From Flavobacteriaceae bacterium (GTDB taxonomy: Bacteria > Bacteroidota > Bacteroidia > Flavobacteriales > Flavobacteriaceae): a stretch of 54,064 nucleotides of DNA. Every line of letters starts with the position of its first letter. Within the stretch, counting starts at the first letter, position 1. Below, piece by piece: positions 20,300 through 27,949 of the stretch. The DNA lies in NCBI GenBank assembly GCA_029245825.1, contig JAQWON010000011.1, forward strand, positions 1 through 54,064, given 5' to 3'. The notes under the pieces are model-generated. The model was not told the origin of the DNA, searched no databases, and saw only the letters and a list, made by a program, of their open reading frames with translations. The position numbers were made by a program, and so were the translations under genes.

Positions 20300-20374
20300 A
20301 AAACAAATTTATCAAAATAAAACTAAGGCTTTTCTCCTAATCATACCTGTGAAATTAATTACTTTAGTAAGCCT

Positions 20375-20722
20375 ATGGGAAAAGATATGACACAGAAGCT
20401 ATTTTCTTACGGTACGCTACAACTTAAAAATGTTCAAAAGGAAACTTTTGGAAGAAATCTTGTGGGGAAAAAAGATAGTCTATTAGGATATAAATTAGAA
20501 AGTCTTAAAATTAAAGATCCTTCTGTACTAAAGATAAGCGAAACTAAAACTCACCCCATAATAAGATTTACTGGGATGGATGATGATGTAGTGCAAGGAA
20601 CTGTTTTTGAAGTCACTTCAGATGAGATTTTAGAGGCGGACAATTATGAAGTTGAAGATTATAAGAGAATTGAAGTTGTTTTAAAATCAGGAATTAAAAG
20701 CTGGGTCTATACAGCTAAATAA
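20375..20722 (+). CDS. Gamma-glutamylcyclotransferase (AIG2/GGACT-like) family protein
   Basis: LFSYGTLQ N-terminal motif, size about 115 aa, VQGTVFEV..D.YE pattern. Confidence 0.65.
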   Translation: MGKDMTQKLFSYGTLQLKNVQKETFGRNLVGKKDSLLGYKLESLKIKDPSVLKISETKTHPIIRFTGMDDDVVQGTVFEVTSDEILEADNYEVEDYKRIEVVLKSGIKSWVYTAK

Positions 20723-20724
20723 AT

Positions 20725-21045
20725 TTATTTTATTTTGCATTTATTGCCTTTATAAATCAAAAGAGGAAAAGGAAGAATAATAGAAAGACTATATAATATT
20801 AAAGCGTTTTCAATTTCTGTAATAAAATAAAGTCCGAAAAAAAGAATTGTTGGATATATAGAAATATTAATGAAAAACTTTTTGAAATATCTCAGATAAG
20901 ATTTAAGGTCAAAATTTTTTCTCTCCTGCTCGCTCATCGTATTGTAGCCAGCTAAAAGCAACTTAGCATTTTTTTCATTAACACCATAAGCGACTCCAAT
21001 AAAAACAGCGTCTGTAAATAAAATAGATAAAAAAATATAGTCCAT
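20725..21045 (-). CDS. DUF3784-like small membrane protein
   Basis: LLAGYNTMSEQERKNFDLKSY motif between TM helices. Confidence 0.5.
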   Translation of the reverse strand: MDYIFLSILFTDAVFIGVAYGVNEKNAKLLLAGYNTMSEQERKNFDLKSYLRYFKKFFINISIYPTILFFGLYFITEIENALILYSLSIILPFPLLIYKGNKCKIK

Positions 21046-21153
21046 CCCTCTCTATTATTTTTAATACTAATTTAATTATAATTGGGGAATTGTTAAAAAA
21101 ATACCGTTCGTCATTATCAATTTAAGTTCTATCTTTGACGTATAAAATATTTG

Positions 21154-21501
21154 ATGATGAATACTTCTACAATAAATATTATTAATTCAATTAGTTTAAT
21201 TGCAATGGGAATATGGGGTTACATTGATGTGTCTTCAGTTACTGCTCTTATTCCTACTTTTTTTGGAGTTGCTCTAATTTTATGTACTAATGGATTAAAA
21301 AAAGAGAATAAAATGATCTCTCATGTAGCAGTTCTTTTAACTCTTTTGATTCTTGGGGCACTTGTTGGAATGAGATTGCCAAAATCAATTGATCAAGGAG
21401 GAATAGGACTTGTAAGAGTTTTAGTTATGATAGGGACATCTGCTGTTGCAATGCTGTTTTTTATAAATAGTTTTATAAAAGCCAGAAGAAATAAAAGCTA
21501 A
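21154..21501 (+). CDS. Hypothetical 4-TM membrane protein
   Basis: An ORF with four hydrophobic segments. The ATG at 21154 is preferred over the TTG at 21151. Confidence 0.4.
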   Translation: MMNTSTINIINSISLIAMGIWGYIDVSSVTALIPTFFGVALILCTNGLKKENKMISHVAVLLTLLILGALVGMRLPKSIDQGGIGLVRVLVMIGTSAVAMLFFINSFIKARRNKS

Positions 21502-21528
21502 GTAATTTTACGGCTATTAATAATTTAA

Positions 21529-21732
21529 ATGAAATCTTTTCTAGATAAATACCAATTCGCAATAGGTGCTGTAATTATTCTATTGCTTGTAGTTAAAGAT
21601 GCTCTTGGAGCGAGTATTTATTCATTAGAAGTGACAGATAAATTACTCCCTTTTTGGCTAACTATTTCATTATATCTAGTTGGAATAATTTTATTGATGC
21701 GTCATATCTACCAAAAAAATAAGAAAAGATGA
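21529..21732 (+). CDS. Hypothetical small 2-TM membrane protein
   Basis: A 67-aa ORF with two hydrophobic helices. It has a 4-nt overlap (ATGA) with the next gene. Confidence 0.3.
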   Translation: MKSFLDKYQFAIGAVIILLLVVKDALGASIYSLEVTDKLLPFWLTISLYLVGIILLMRHIYQKNKKR

Positions 21733-22145
21733 GAAAAGTTTTTCTGTTGTTTAGCGTTGTTATTTTATCTGCATGTGAAACAGGAGAACCCTGGAAAAAA
21801 TCTCAATTGATTGAACCCTATGAATTATCTGAAATAATTACTAGTGGGCTAGATCAACCTTTGATCATTTCTATAGGTCCAGCTGGCCTTATTAAGAATT
21901 CAGTAGAAGTTGGTGAATGTAGATTTACTGAAAACCTCGCAAAATTAAATGACAAGATAAGTGGTCTTGCAAAAAACTCAGATATTGTTCTTTATTGTGG
22001 CTGTTGTCCGTTCAAAGATTGTCCAAATATCAGGCCTGCATTTTCTCTTCTAAATGATCTTGGATTTAAGAACCATCGTCTACTTAACCTTTCAAACAAT
22101 TTAAAAACTGATTGGATTGATAAAAACTATCCTATTATAAATTAG
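21729..22145 (+). CDS. Rhodanese-like domain lipoprotein with Cys-rich loop
   Basis: Lipobox VILSACETG. DIVLYCGCCPFKDCPNIRPA sits at the position of a rhodanese active-site loop. Confidence 0.5.
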   Translation: MRKVFLLFSVVILSACETGEPWKKSQLIEPYELSEIITSGLDQPLIISIGPAGLIKNSVEVGECRFTENLAKLNDKISGLAKNSDIVLYCGCCPFKDCPNIRPAFSLLNDLGFKNHRLLNLSNNLKTDWIDKNYPIIN

Positions 22146-22156
22146 AAAAAAGAGGC

Positions 22157-22441
22157 TTAAAAGTTAGCCCTAAAAACCTCATCCACCAACTTAGCCAAAT
22201 CAATATCTCTAGATGAAATTGAATTAATATCATGGGACCATAATTCTAATCTTACCTTATTATAAACATTGATAATTTTTGGGTGATGATTTAAATTATC
22301 AGATTCTATTCCTATCCTATTAATAAAATCTAATGCTGCATTAAAATTTTTAAAAGTGAAATCCCTCGCTAAAGCATGTTCAATTAAAGTCCATCCATCA
22401 TCCAAATTTTTAATTTCTTTTAAAAGATTATTTCTGTCCAT
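22157..22441 (-). CDS. Pterin-4-alpha-carbinolamine dehydratase (PCD/DCoH family)
   Basis: From the internal ATG at 22441: MDRNNLLKEIKNLDDGWTLIEHALARDFTFKNFNAALDFINRIGIESDNLNHHPKIINVYNKVRLELWSHD. The HHP motif and the 94-aa size are typical. Confidence 0.8.
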   Translation of the reverse strand: MDRNNLLKEIKNLDDGWTLIEHALARDFTFKNFNAALDFINRIGIESDNLNHHPKIINVYNKVRLELWSHDINSISSRDIDLAKLVDEVFRANF

Positions 22442-22549
22442 AATGCATAAAGTTAACCGATATCTTTTATTGTTTAGTTTAAAATCTATATAATATTTAC
22501 CGTCTTTTCTTTTGCAGACTTTTGGGTAAGAAAGGCTATTTTTTGGCAC
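22442..22549 (-). pseudogene. Possible remnant of a tyrosine-integrase N-terminal arm-type DNA-binding domain, in frame with the PCD ORF
   Basis: A GTG-initiated 36-codon extension, VPKNSLSYPKVCKRKDGKYYIDFKLNNKRYRLTLCI. The G-K-Y-Y-I-D-F-x-L-N-x-K-R-Y-R beta-hairpin pattern resembles integrase arm domains. It lies 62 nt from the 3-prime end of tRNA-Ala. Confidence 0.3.
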
Positions 22550-22610
22550 TTATTTGGCAACTTACTGATTCAACAAATTATTATTTTCAGTAAACTCCTA
22601 TAAACGTTAG

Positions 22611-22684
22611 TGGAGAAGATGGGAATCGAACCCACGACCTCTTGACTGCCAGTCAAACGCTCTAGCCATCTGAGCTACTCCCCC
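22611..22684 (-). tRNA. tRNA-Ala (anticodon GGC)
   Basis: Folded by hand on the minus strand. Segments in order: GGGGGAG, TA, GCTC, AGATGGCTA, GAGC, G, TTTGA, CTGGCAG, TCAAG, AGGTC, GTGGG, TTCGATT, CCCAT, CTTCTCC, A. The acceptor stem is 7 bp with the G3:U70 Ala identity pair. It has a TTCGATT T-loop and a CT-GGC-AG anticodon loop. No CCA is encoded. Confidence 0.9.
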
Positions 22685-22717
22685 TGTATAAATAAATGTA
22701 ATAAAATTTTCTCCATT

Positions 22718-23644
22718 TTATTTTTTGATAATATTTTCAAATAGATAAGCTTCAAATTCGTTTTGATTTTCCATATGCGGTAAATGACCGGACTTTGAAA
22801 TAAAAATTTCATTTCGGTTAGGAAGAAGTTCTGATAAACGGTCTCTAAAAGTGTCGTAGACCACAACCGGATCACTATCACCAAAAATCGTGTATACTGG
22901 AATACCTGTTTCGTTTATCATTTCATGTTCAAAATCAAGTAAAACATGATTTTTCCGAGTGGATAACAGGGCATTAGCAAATCCTTTGTATTGAAGTAAT
23001 TTTTCATATTTATCGCCCCAATCTGGGAATTGCTCTGGATTTTTAAAATCTTTTCGCTGACTTTCTGCCAATAAAGGGTAAGTTTCTATGTAATCATCTA
23101 TTTCCTGCTGTGAAACTTCTTTGTTTCTAGGAGAATTCTTTTTTTGAAACCCTGATGAAGCAACATAAATTAACCTCTCAACAACATCTTTATTGAGAAA
23201 GGCTATTTTTGAAATAACCCTTCCTCCATTAGAAAGACCCAAAAAATTAGCTTGTTCAACGTTCAAAAAGTCTAAAAGTTCGAGCACCTGTTTAGCAAAT
23301 AACGTATCAGTATAGGGGACATTGGGATTTGCTGAATAGCCTCTTCCGTATAGGTCCATTCGAATCACACGATACCCTTTTTGAGCAGCTGATTCATAGG
23401 TAGGGCTCCAAATATAGGAAGGTACTGAAAACCCATGTACGAAAATTAAAGTTCCGACATCAGAAGCACTATTGATCTCTTCGTAATAGGTCATCCCCTC
23501 ACTCAGAAGGACAAAATTACCTGGAAGCTTATCTGCTATATTCTCAAAAAAAATTTCATTTTTTTCTATTTTTTCATAAGAAGTTAAGAACTGGGTACAT
23601 GAAACAATGAAAAGAAATATAGCAAAGATTTGAAAAAAACGCAT
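22718..23644 (-). CDS. Alpha/beta-fold hydrolase, secreted/lipoprotein
   Basis: Signal with Cys (FLFIVSCTQ). HG box FVHGFS and nucleophile elbow GLSNGG. Confidence 0.8.
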   Translation of the reverse strand: MRFFQIFAIFLFIVSCTQFLTSYEKIEKNEIFFENIADKLPGNFVLLSEGMTYYEEINSASDVGTLIFVHGFSVPSYIWSPTYESAAQKGYRVIRMDLYGRGYSANPNVPYTDTLFAKQVLELLDFLNVEQANFLGLSNGGRVISKIAFLNKDVVERLIYVASSGFQKKNSPRNKEVSQQEIDDYIETYPLLAESQRKDFKNPEQFPDWGDKYEKLLQYKGFANALLSTRKNHVLLDFEHEMINETGIPVYTIFGDSDPVVVYDTFRDRLSELLPNRNEIFISKSGHLPHMENQNEFEAYLFENIIKK

Positions 23645-23695
23645 TTTTTAATTTTTATAATTTACCTTCATTCACTAATTGCAAATCAATATACA

Positions 23696-24439
23696 ATGAA
23701 AAAAATAATTTTTATACTTCTTACAGTTTTCTGCTTTTCTTTAAATGCACAATATTACACTATGACCTATGTGAGTGTAGCCTCTGAAGATATTGCTGAT
23801 TTTGAAGAAAAAGAAATGAAATACTGGTCTGAAGTAGCTTCAAATAACATAAAAAAAGGCAAACAACTAAGCTGGGCTCTATTGAGAAAATATGGAACCG
23901 CAGGTAACAACGATGTTAACTACGCCTTTGTTAATCAGTATAGTAGCATTGAGGATATGACTAATGACAATTCCATCTGGGGAGAATCTGTAGAGGAATT
24001 GGGTTATGACTGGAATGAAATTTCTACAAAATATGCCGTTTGGGAACACCACATTTATAAAGTACAAGATTTCGTGCCAGGTATCGGCAAAGTATTTATC
24101 TTAAATTACGGCAGACCTGAAAATCTCAGTGGTTTTATCTCTGAAAATAAGAATCTATGGAAACCCTTTCATCAACAAAACATCACTTCTGGCGCTACAG
24201 GGATGACAACTTGGGGAATAGGAACTAAAATCTACCCAAGCGGACAAGATATGGCAACAGTTATGACTTGGGATGGTTTTGCAAATCTTACAGACGCCTT
24301 GAAAGTTTTAGATTTCGATGATTACGTTCCTCCTAGTAACAGTAAAATGAGATTGTATGATCCAGATGGATTTAGACTAAGAGTTATTTGGCAGGAATTG
24401 AAATCAGTTCCTCCTCCTCCTCCTAAACCTATAAACTAA
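23696..24439 (+). CDS. Hypothetical secreted protein with C-terminal proline run
   Basis: The start MKKIIFILLTVFCFSLNAQ is preferred over the ORF-track start at 23630. Two similar halves. Ends in SVPPPPPKPIN. Confidence 0.5.
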   Translation: MKKIIFILLTVFCFSLNAQYYTMTYVSVASEDIADFEEKEMKYWSEVASNNIKKGKQLSWALLRKYGTAGNNDVNYAFVNQYSSIEDMTNDNSIWGESVEELGYDWNEISTKYAVWEHHIYKVQDFVPGIGKVFILNYGRPENLSGFISENKNLWKPFHQQNITSGATGMTTWGIGTKIYPSGQDMATVMTWDGFANLTDALKVLDFDDYVPPSNSKMRLYDPDGFRLRVIWQELKSVPPPPPKPIN

Positions 24440-24472
24440 AAAAAAGCGGCTAAAATTAGCCGCTTTTTTTTT
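24438..24472. terminator. Strong rho-independent (potentially bidirectional) terminator
   Basis: An A8 run, then the GC-rich stem agcggcta/tagccgct (8-9 bp, about 4-nt loop), then a T9 run. It lies directly after the stop codon at 24437-24439. Confidence 0.7.
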
Positions 24473-24567
24473 GATTTAGCTCAAAAAAGTGCATTCTATT
24501 TCTTCCCTCAATATTAAAGAGAATTAATAAAGTCGTAATTTTATTATAATATACTTGAGAGTGGTTA

Positions 24568-25218
24568 ATGAAAAAAAAATTCCTTTTTGTTTTTTTCCTT
24601 TTGTCTAGCTTTATTTATTCTCAAGGAGATGATCTCTTACTTTTACAATACAACAAAGGTCCTGACCCTGATGGATTTTATAGAAAATGGAATTTTGATG
24701 TACATTATCTAACAGTTCTTATGAAAGCTAAAGGGAAATATAGCAATCCCGCTCTAACTTATGGTTTTGGCATTACTGCCCAGCACAAGTTTTCAAAAAC
24801 TTTTGGGATTAGAAGTGGAGTAAGTTATTTTAACATAAGATATAAATATGATTTGTCAGATAATGAGTCCACTGATAAAATAACTTATTTAACTATTCCA
24901 ATCACTGTAAGAGTTTCTCCATCAAGAAAATTAATGTTTGAGACTGGATTTTTATATAACCTTTTATTGAGTGCTAAAAATTCAGAGATTCAGGATGTGT
25001 CAACTGGAAGTTTTAATTATGAAGATGGAATCTTTAAAAATGCTTTTGGAATGGTAGTGGCTTCACAATACAATCCATGGAAGAGACTAAATGTTTCTTT
25101 GCAGTATAGATTTCTTAAAAAAGCATCAAAGCCTTCCGCAGTCCAAAAAAATAATTTTACTGGGGTTTTACTTGGATTACATTTTTTCATTTTTGATCCA
25201 ATGAAAAAACCAATTTAA
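24568..25218 (+). CDS. Outer-membrane beta-barrel (porin-family/OMP_b-brl_2-like) protein
   Basis: Signal peptide, alternating hydrophobic beta-strand pattern, about 216 aa, with FGIRSGVSYFNIRY and LLGLHFFIF terminal strands. Confidence 0.55.
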   Translation: MKKKFLFVFFLLSSFIYSQGDDLLLLQYNKGPDPDGFYRKWNFDVHYLTVLMKAKGKYSNPALTYGFGITAQHKFSKTFGIRSGVSYFNIRYKYDLSDNESTDKITYLTIPITVRVSPSRKLMFETGFLYNLLLSAKNSEIQDVSTGSFNYEDGIFKNAFGMVVASQYNPWKRLNVSLQYRFLKKASKPSAVQKNNFTGVLLGLHFFIFDPMKKPI

Positions 25219-26129
25219 AGGTATTTAGAAATTGAAATATTCAAATATGTATGTCTGAAAAAAAGTTGATTTTCATTATCTCGAGAAGTATTAGAAATCA
25301 TTGCAAGTATTTCCCATTTATCATTGTTTAATGACGCTCCAAACTGAAAACTACTTCTGTATTTTCTTGACGGCAAAGTAAAATTTGCACTGTCATTAAA
25401 TAAACTTCCTGAAATCATATAATCATGAAAACGATACTCTTGGCGACTCCCTATATAAAAACTAAGACCATTATCTCCTTTTGATTTTAGTGGATTCCCC
25501 ATAAAAGAAAATCTATTTGTTTTTCCCATAAAAAATCCAAATTGAGCCCCAATAGTTGTCTTTTGAGTCCCCAACGAACTAAAAAAATCAGAGAGGAAAT
25601 AAAATTTCTCCTCAAGCATGAATTTTTTTTTCATATTAACATTAAGATTTAGGTGCATCTCCTGAGGCATCGCATCCTCCCATGTAACCCTGGGAAGTTT
25701 TAAAAAATTTAAATGATAAAAATTTTGCATCCAAGGAGCTAAGGACTCGTCCCCTGTAGTTCCAATCTGAATTCCCCAAGCATATGCTGTGTTCTTATTT
25801 AAATATTTATGGACTTCCCTCTCAATAAAAAGCCATCCACCAAAAGGATAATCAAGTTTTGATAAATCTCTTGTTTGTAATCTTGCTGGGGTATAGACTT
25901 CTTGACCAAGATGCCAATGAACATAAGTTGAATTATCTAAACTATCTAATTCATCTACTTGTTTAATTTTTTTGTATCCATAAGATAGAAATATGCCACT
26001 GGAATAATATCTGTCTGTCAAAAAGTAGAGGTCATTATCAACAGAGAGTCTAGCATATTTTTGACCAGAAATAAATTGGAGACACCCCAAAAGAAAAGTA
26101 TAAAAGAATATTTTCTTTAAGATTGCCAT
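25215..26129 (-). CDS. LpxR-like lipid A deacylase family outer-membrane protein
   Basis: Start MAILKKIFFYTFLLGCLQFISGQ (ATG at 26129). The SVDNDLYFLTDRYYSSGIFLSYGY motif is typical of the LpxR family. Confidence 0.5.
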   Translation of the reverse strand: MAILKKIFFYTFLLGCLQFISGQKYARLSVDNDLYFLTDRYYSSGIFLSYGYKKIKQVDELDSLDNSTYVHWHLGQEVYTPARLQTRDLSKLDYPFGGWLFIEREVHKYLNKNTAYAWGIQIGTTGDESLAPWMQNFYHLNFLKLPRVTWEDAMPQEMHLNLNVNMKKKFMLEEKFYFLSDFFSSLGTQKTTIGAQFGFFMGKTNRFSFMGNPLKSKGDNGLSFYIGSRQEYRFHDYMISGSLFNDSANFTLPSRKYRSSFQFGASLNNDKWEILAMISNTSRDNENQLFFRHTYLNISISKYL

Positions 26130-26194
26130 ATCATTAAATAAAATCATGCTTAGATTAAACAAAATATGGAGCTGCCATTTGTTGCCAAAATTAG

Positions 26195-26225
26195 TTGAGA
26201 AAATGATTATAAAAAATTATTTTTG
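26195..26225 (+). promoter_or_regulatory. Bacteroidetes-type promoter candidate for the GNAT / enoyl-CoA hydratase / queD genes
   Basis: TTG at 26195-26197, a 20-nt spacer, and TATTTTTG (TAnnTTTG) at 26218-26225. It is 16 nt upstream of the TTG start at 26241. Confidence 0.3.
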
Positions 26226-26240
26226 AAAAAATAGAACTCT

Positions 26241-26744
26241 TTGATAAGAAAAGCTTTAATCTCTGATCTTGAAACTGTTAAAAGTTTGACAGAGGCTTGT
26301 GCTGAAAAAATGCTTAATGATGGAATTTTTCAGTGGAATGATCACTATCCTTCTAAAGAAATTTTCAGAAAAGATATAGAAGAAGAAGCTCTCTATGTTT
26401 GGGATGATAAAAATCAGATTAAAGGATGCATTATGTTTTCACCAGAAAAAGATGAAGTATATAACTCTGCTAAATGGCTAACTCAAGATGATAAAAATAT
26501 TTACGTTCATAGATTGGCAGTACACCCGAAGTTTCAAAAAAAAGGAATTGGAAACAAGCTCATGAATTTTGCTGAATCAATTGCTAAAAAGCTTAATTTT
26601 ATTTCAATTCGTTTAGATACTTTTAGTCAAAATAAAAGCAATAACAAATTTTATGAATCTAGAGGATATCAAAAACTAGGTGATGTTTTTTTTCGAAAAC
26701 AAAGTGAATTTCCTTTTCACTGTTATGAAAAGATCTTAAATTAA
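26241..26744 (+). CDS. GNAT-family N-acetyltransferase
   Basis: RLAVHPKFQKKGIGNKLMNFAE (acetyl-CoA binding Q/RxxGxG/A motif). 167 aa. Confidence 0.8.
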   Translation: MIRKALISDLETVKSLTEACAEKMLNDGIFQWNDHYPSKEIFRKDIEEEALYVWDDKNQIKGCIMFSPEKDEVYNSAKWLTQDDKNIYVHRLAVHPKFQKKGIGNKLMNFAESIAKKLNFISIRLDTFSQNKSNNKFYESRGYQKLGDVFFRKQSEFPFHCYEKILN

Positions 26745-26749
26745 AAAAC

Positions 26750-27493
26750 ATGGGTGAAATTAATATAAAAATAAAAGATCATATTGGAAAAATAACCTTT
26801 CATCATCCTAAAGGAAATTGTCTCTCGCAGGAAATCATAAATAAGTTAATTACACTTTTAGAAAAAGCTGATAAAGATCCTAAAATTGCAGTGATTTTAA
26901 TTCAAAGTAAAGGAGGTAATGCTTTTTGTTCAGGCGCATCTCTTCAAGCTCTAAAAAAAATATCGACTATAAATGAAGGAATAAGTTTTTTTATGAATTT
27001 TTCTAATTTAATTAATGCTATTAGGAAACTTTCGAAATTTGTTATAGCAAGAGTGAATGGCCCTTCTGTTGGTGGAGGTGTCGGTTTAATCTCGGTCTGT
27101 GATTATGTTTTTGCTTGCAAACAAGCCTCCATAAAATTGTCAGAATTGTCCCTTGGCATAGGCCCTTACGTTATTGAACCTGCAGTTAGTAGAAAAATAG
27201 GATCACCTGCTTTTGCAGAATTGTCTCTTGATAGTAAGGAATGGAAAAGTTCTAAATGGGCAAAAGAGAAAGGCCTCTTTAATCAAATTTCAGAAAATAT
27301 TGATCAGATGGATATCGAAATAGAAAAAAAGATAGTTTCTTTTGCTTCTTTCCCAAAAGAAGCGTCTAAAAAGCTAAGACAATTACATTGGAAAGGGACT
27401 GACCATTGGGATGAATTACTCCCAAAAAATGCAAAAATAACAGCTGAGTTGGCACTTTCAAATTTCACCCAAAAAATTATAAAATCTCTCTAA
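26750..27493 (+). CDS. Enoyl-CoA hydratase/isomerase (crotonase) family protein
   Basis: VILIQSKGGNAFCSGASL and VIARVNGPSVGGGVGLISVCDYVFA (oxyanion-hole segments). Confidence 0.75.
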   Translation: MGEINIKIKDHIGKITFHHPKGNCLSQEIINKLITLLEKADKDPKIAVILIQSKGGNAFCSGASLQALKKISTINEGISFFMNFSNLINAIRKLSKFVIARVNGPSVGGGVGLISVCDYVFACKQASIKLSELSLGIGPYVIEPAVSRKIGSPAFAELSLDSKEWKSSKWAKEKGLFNQISENIDQMDIEIEKKIVSFASFPKEASKKLRQLHWKGTDHWDELLPKNAKITAELALSNFTQKIIKSL

Positions 27494-27496
27494 CTA

Positions 27497-27949
27497 ATGA
27501 AAAGGAAAATTCGTATAACAAAACAATTTAATTTTGAAACAGCACACGCGCTTTATGGATATGATGGATTATGTAAAAATGTGCATGGCCATAGTTATAA
27601 ATTAGATGTGACTGTAATAGGAAACCCAATAAACGATACAAATCATAAAAAAAATGGTATGCTTATTGATTTTAGTGAATTAAAAAAAATTGTTAAGAAA
27701 AAGATTGTTTCTGTATTTGATCACTCTATAATATTAAACGTGACCTCTCCGCATAAAGATTTAGCAGATAATCTGGAAGAAAAAGGTCATAAAGTGGTTA
27801 GGGTTAATTATCAACCTACCTGCGAACTAATGATTCTTGATTTTTCAAAAATTATTTCTAATGAACTCCCAAGTAATATAAAGCTATACTCATTAAAATT
27901 GAGAGAAACTGAAACTTCTTATTCAGAGTGGTATGCAGAAGATAACTAA
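27497..27949 (+). CDS. queD: 6-carboxy-5,6,7,8-tetrahydropterin synthase / 6-pyruvoyl-tetrahydropterin synthase family
   Basis: FNFETAHAL..GLCKNVHGHSYKLDVTV (CxxxHGH zinc/catalytic motif). 150 aa. Confidence 0.75.
   Translation: MKRKIRITKQFNFETAHALYGYDGLCKNVHGHSYKLDVTVIGNPINDTNHKKNGMLIDFSELKKIVKKKIVSVFDHSIILNVTSPHKDLADNLEEKGHKVVRVNYQPTCELMILDFSKIISNELPSNIKLYSLKLRETETSYSEWYAEDN

Noticed and set aside
24571-24579. There are homopolymeric A9/T9 tracts inside envelope genes that could be slipped-strand phase-variation switches. They occur in the OMP gene (24571-24579), the LpxR-like gene (25623-25631), GT9 (47772-47780) and sprE (45433-45441).
   Set aside because: The same length of tract also occurs in the housekeeping gene trhO (30828-30836). 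All of them encode Lys-Lys-Lys runs, as expected in a roughly 30% GC genome. There is no enrichment specific to contingency-type genes.
22157-27949. A pterin-4a-carbinolamine dehydratase and a PTPS/QueD-family gene lie within 5 kb of each other, and might form a dedicated pterin pathway.
   Set aside because: They are on opposite strands and in different transcription units. No aromatic amino-acid hydroxylase, GTP cyclohydrolase or queC/queE gene is in the window, so proximality alone is not evidence of a system.
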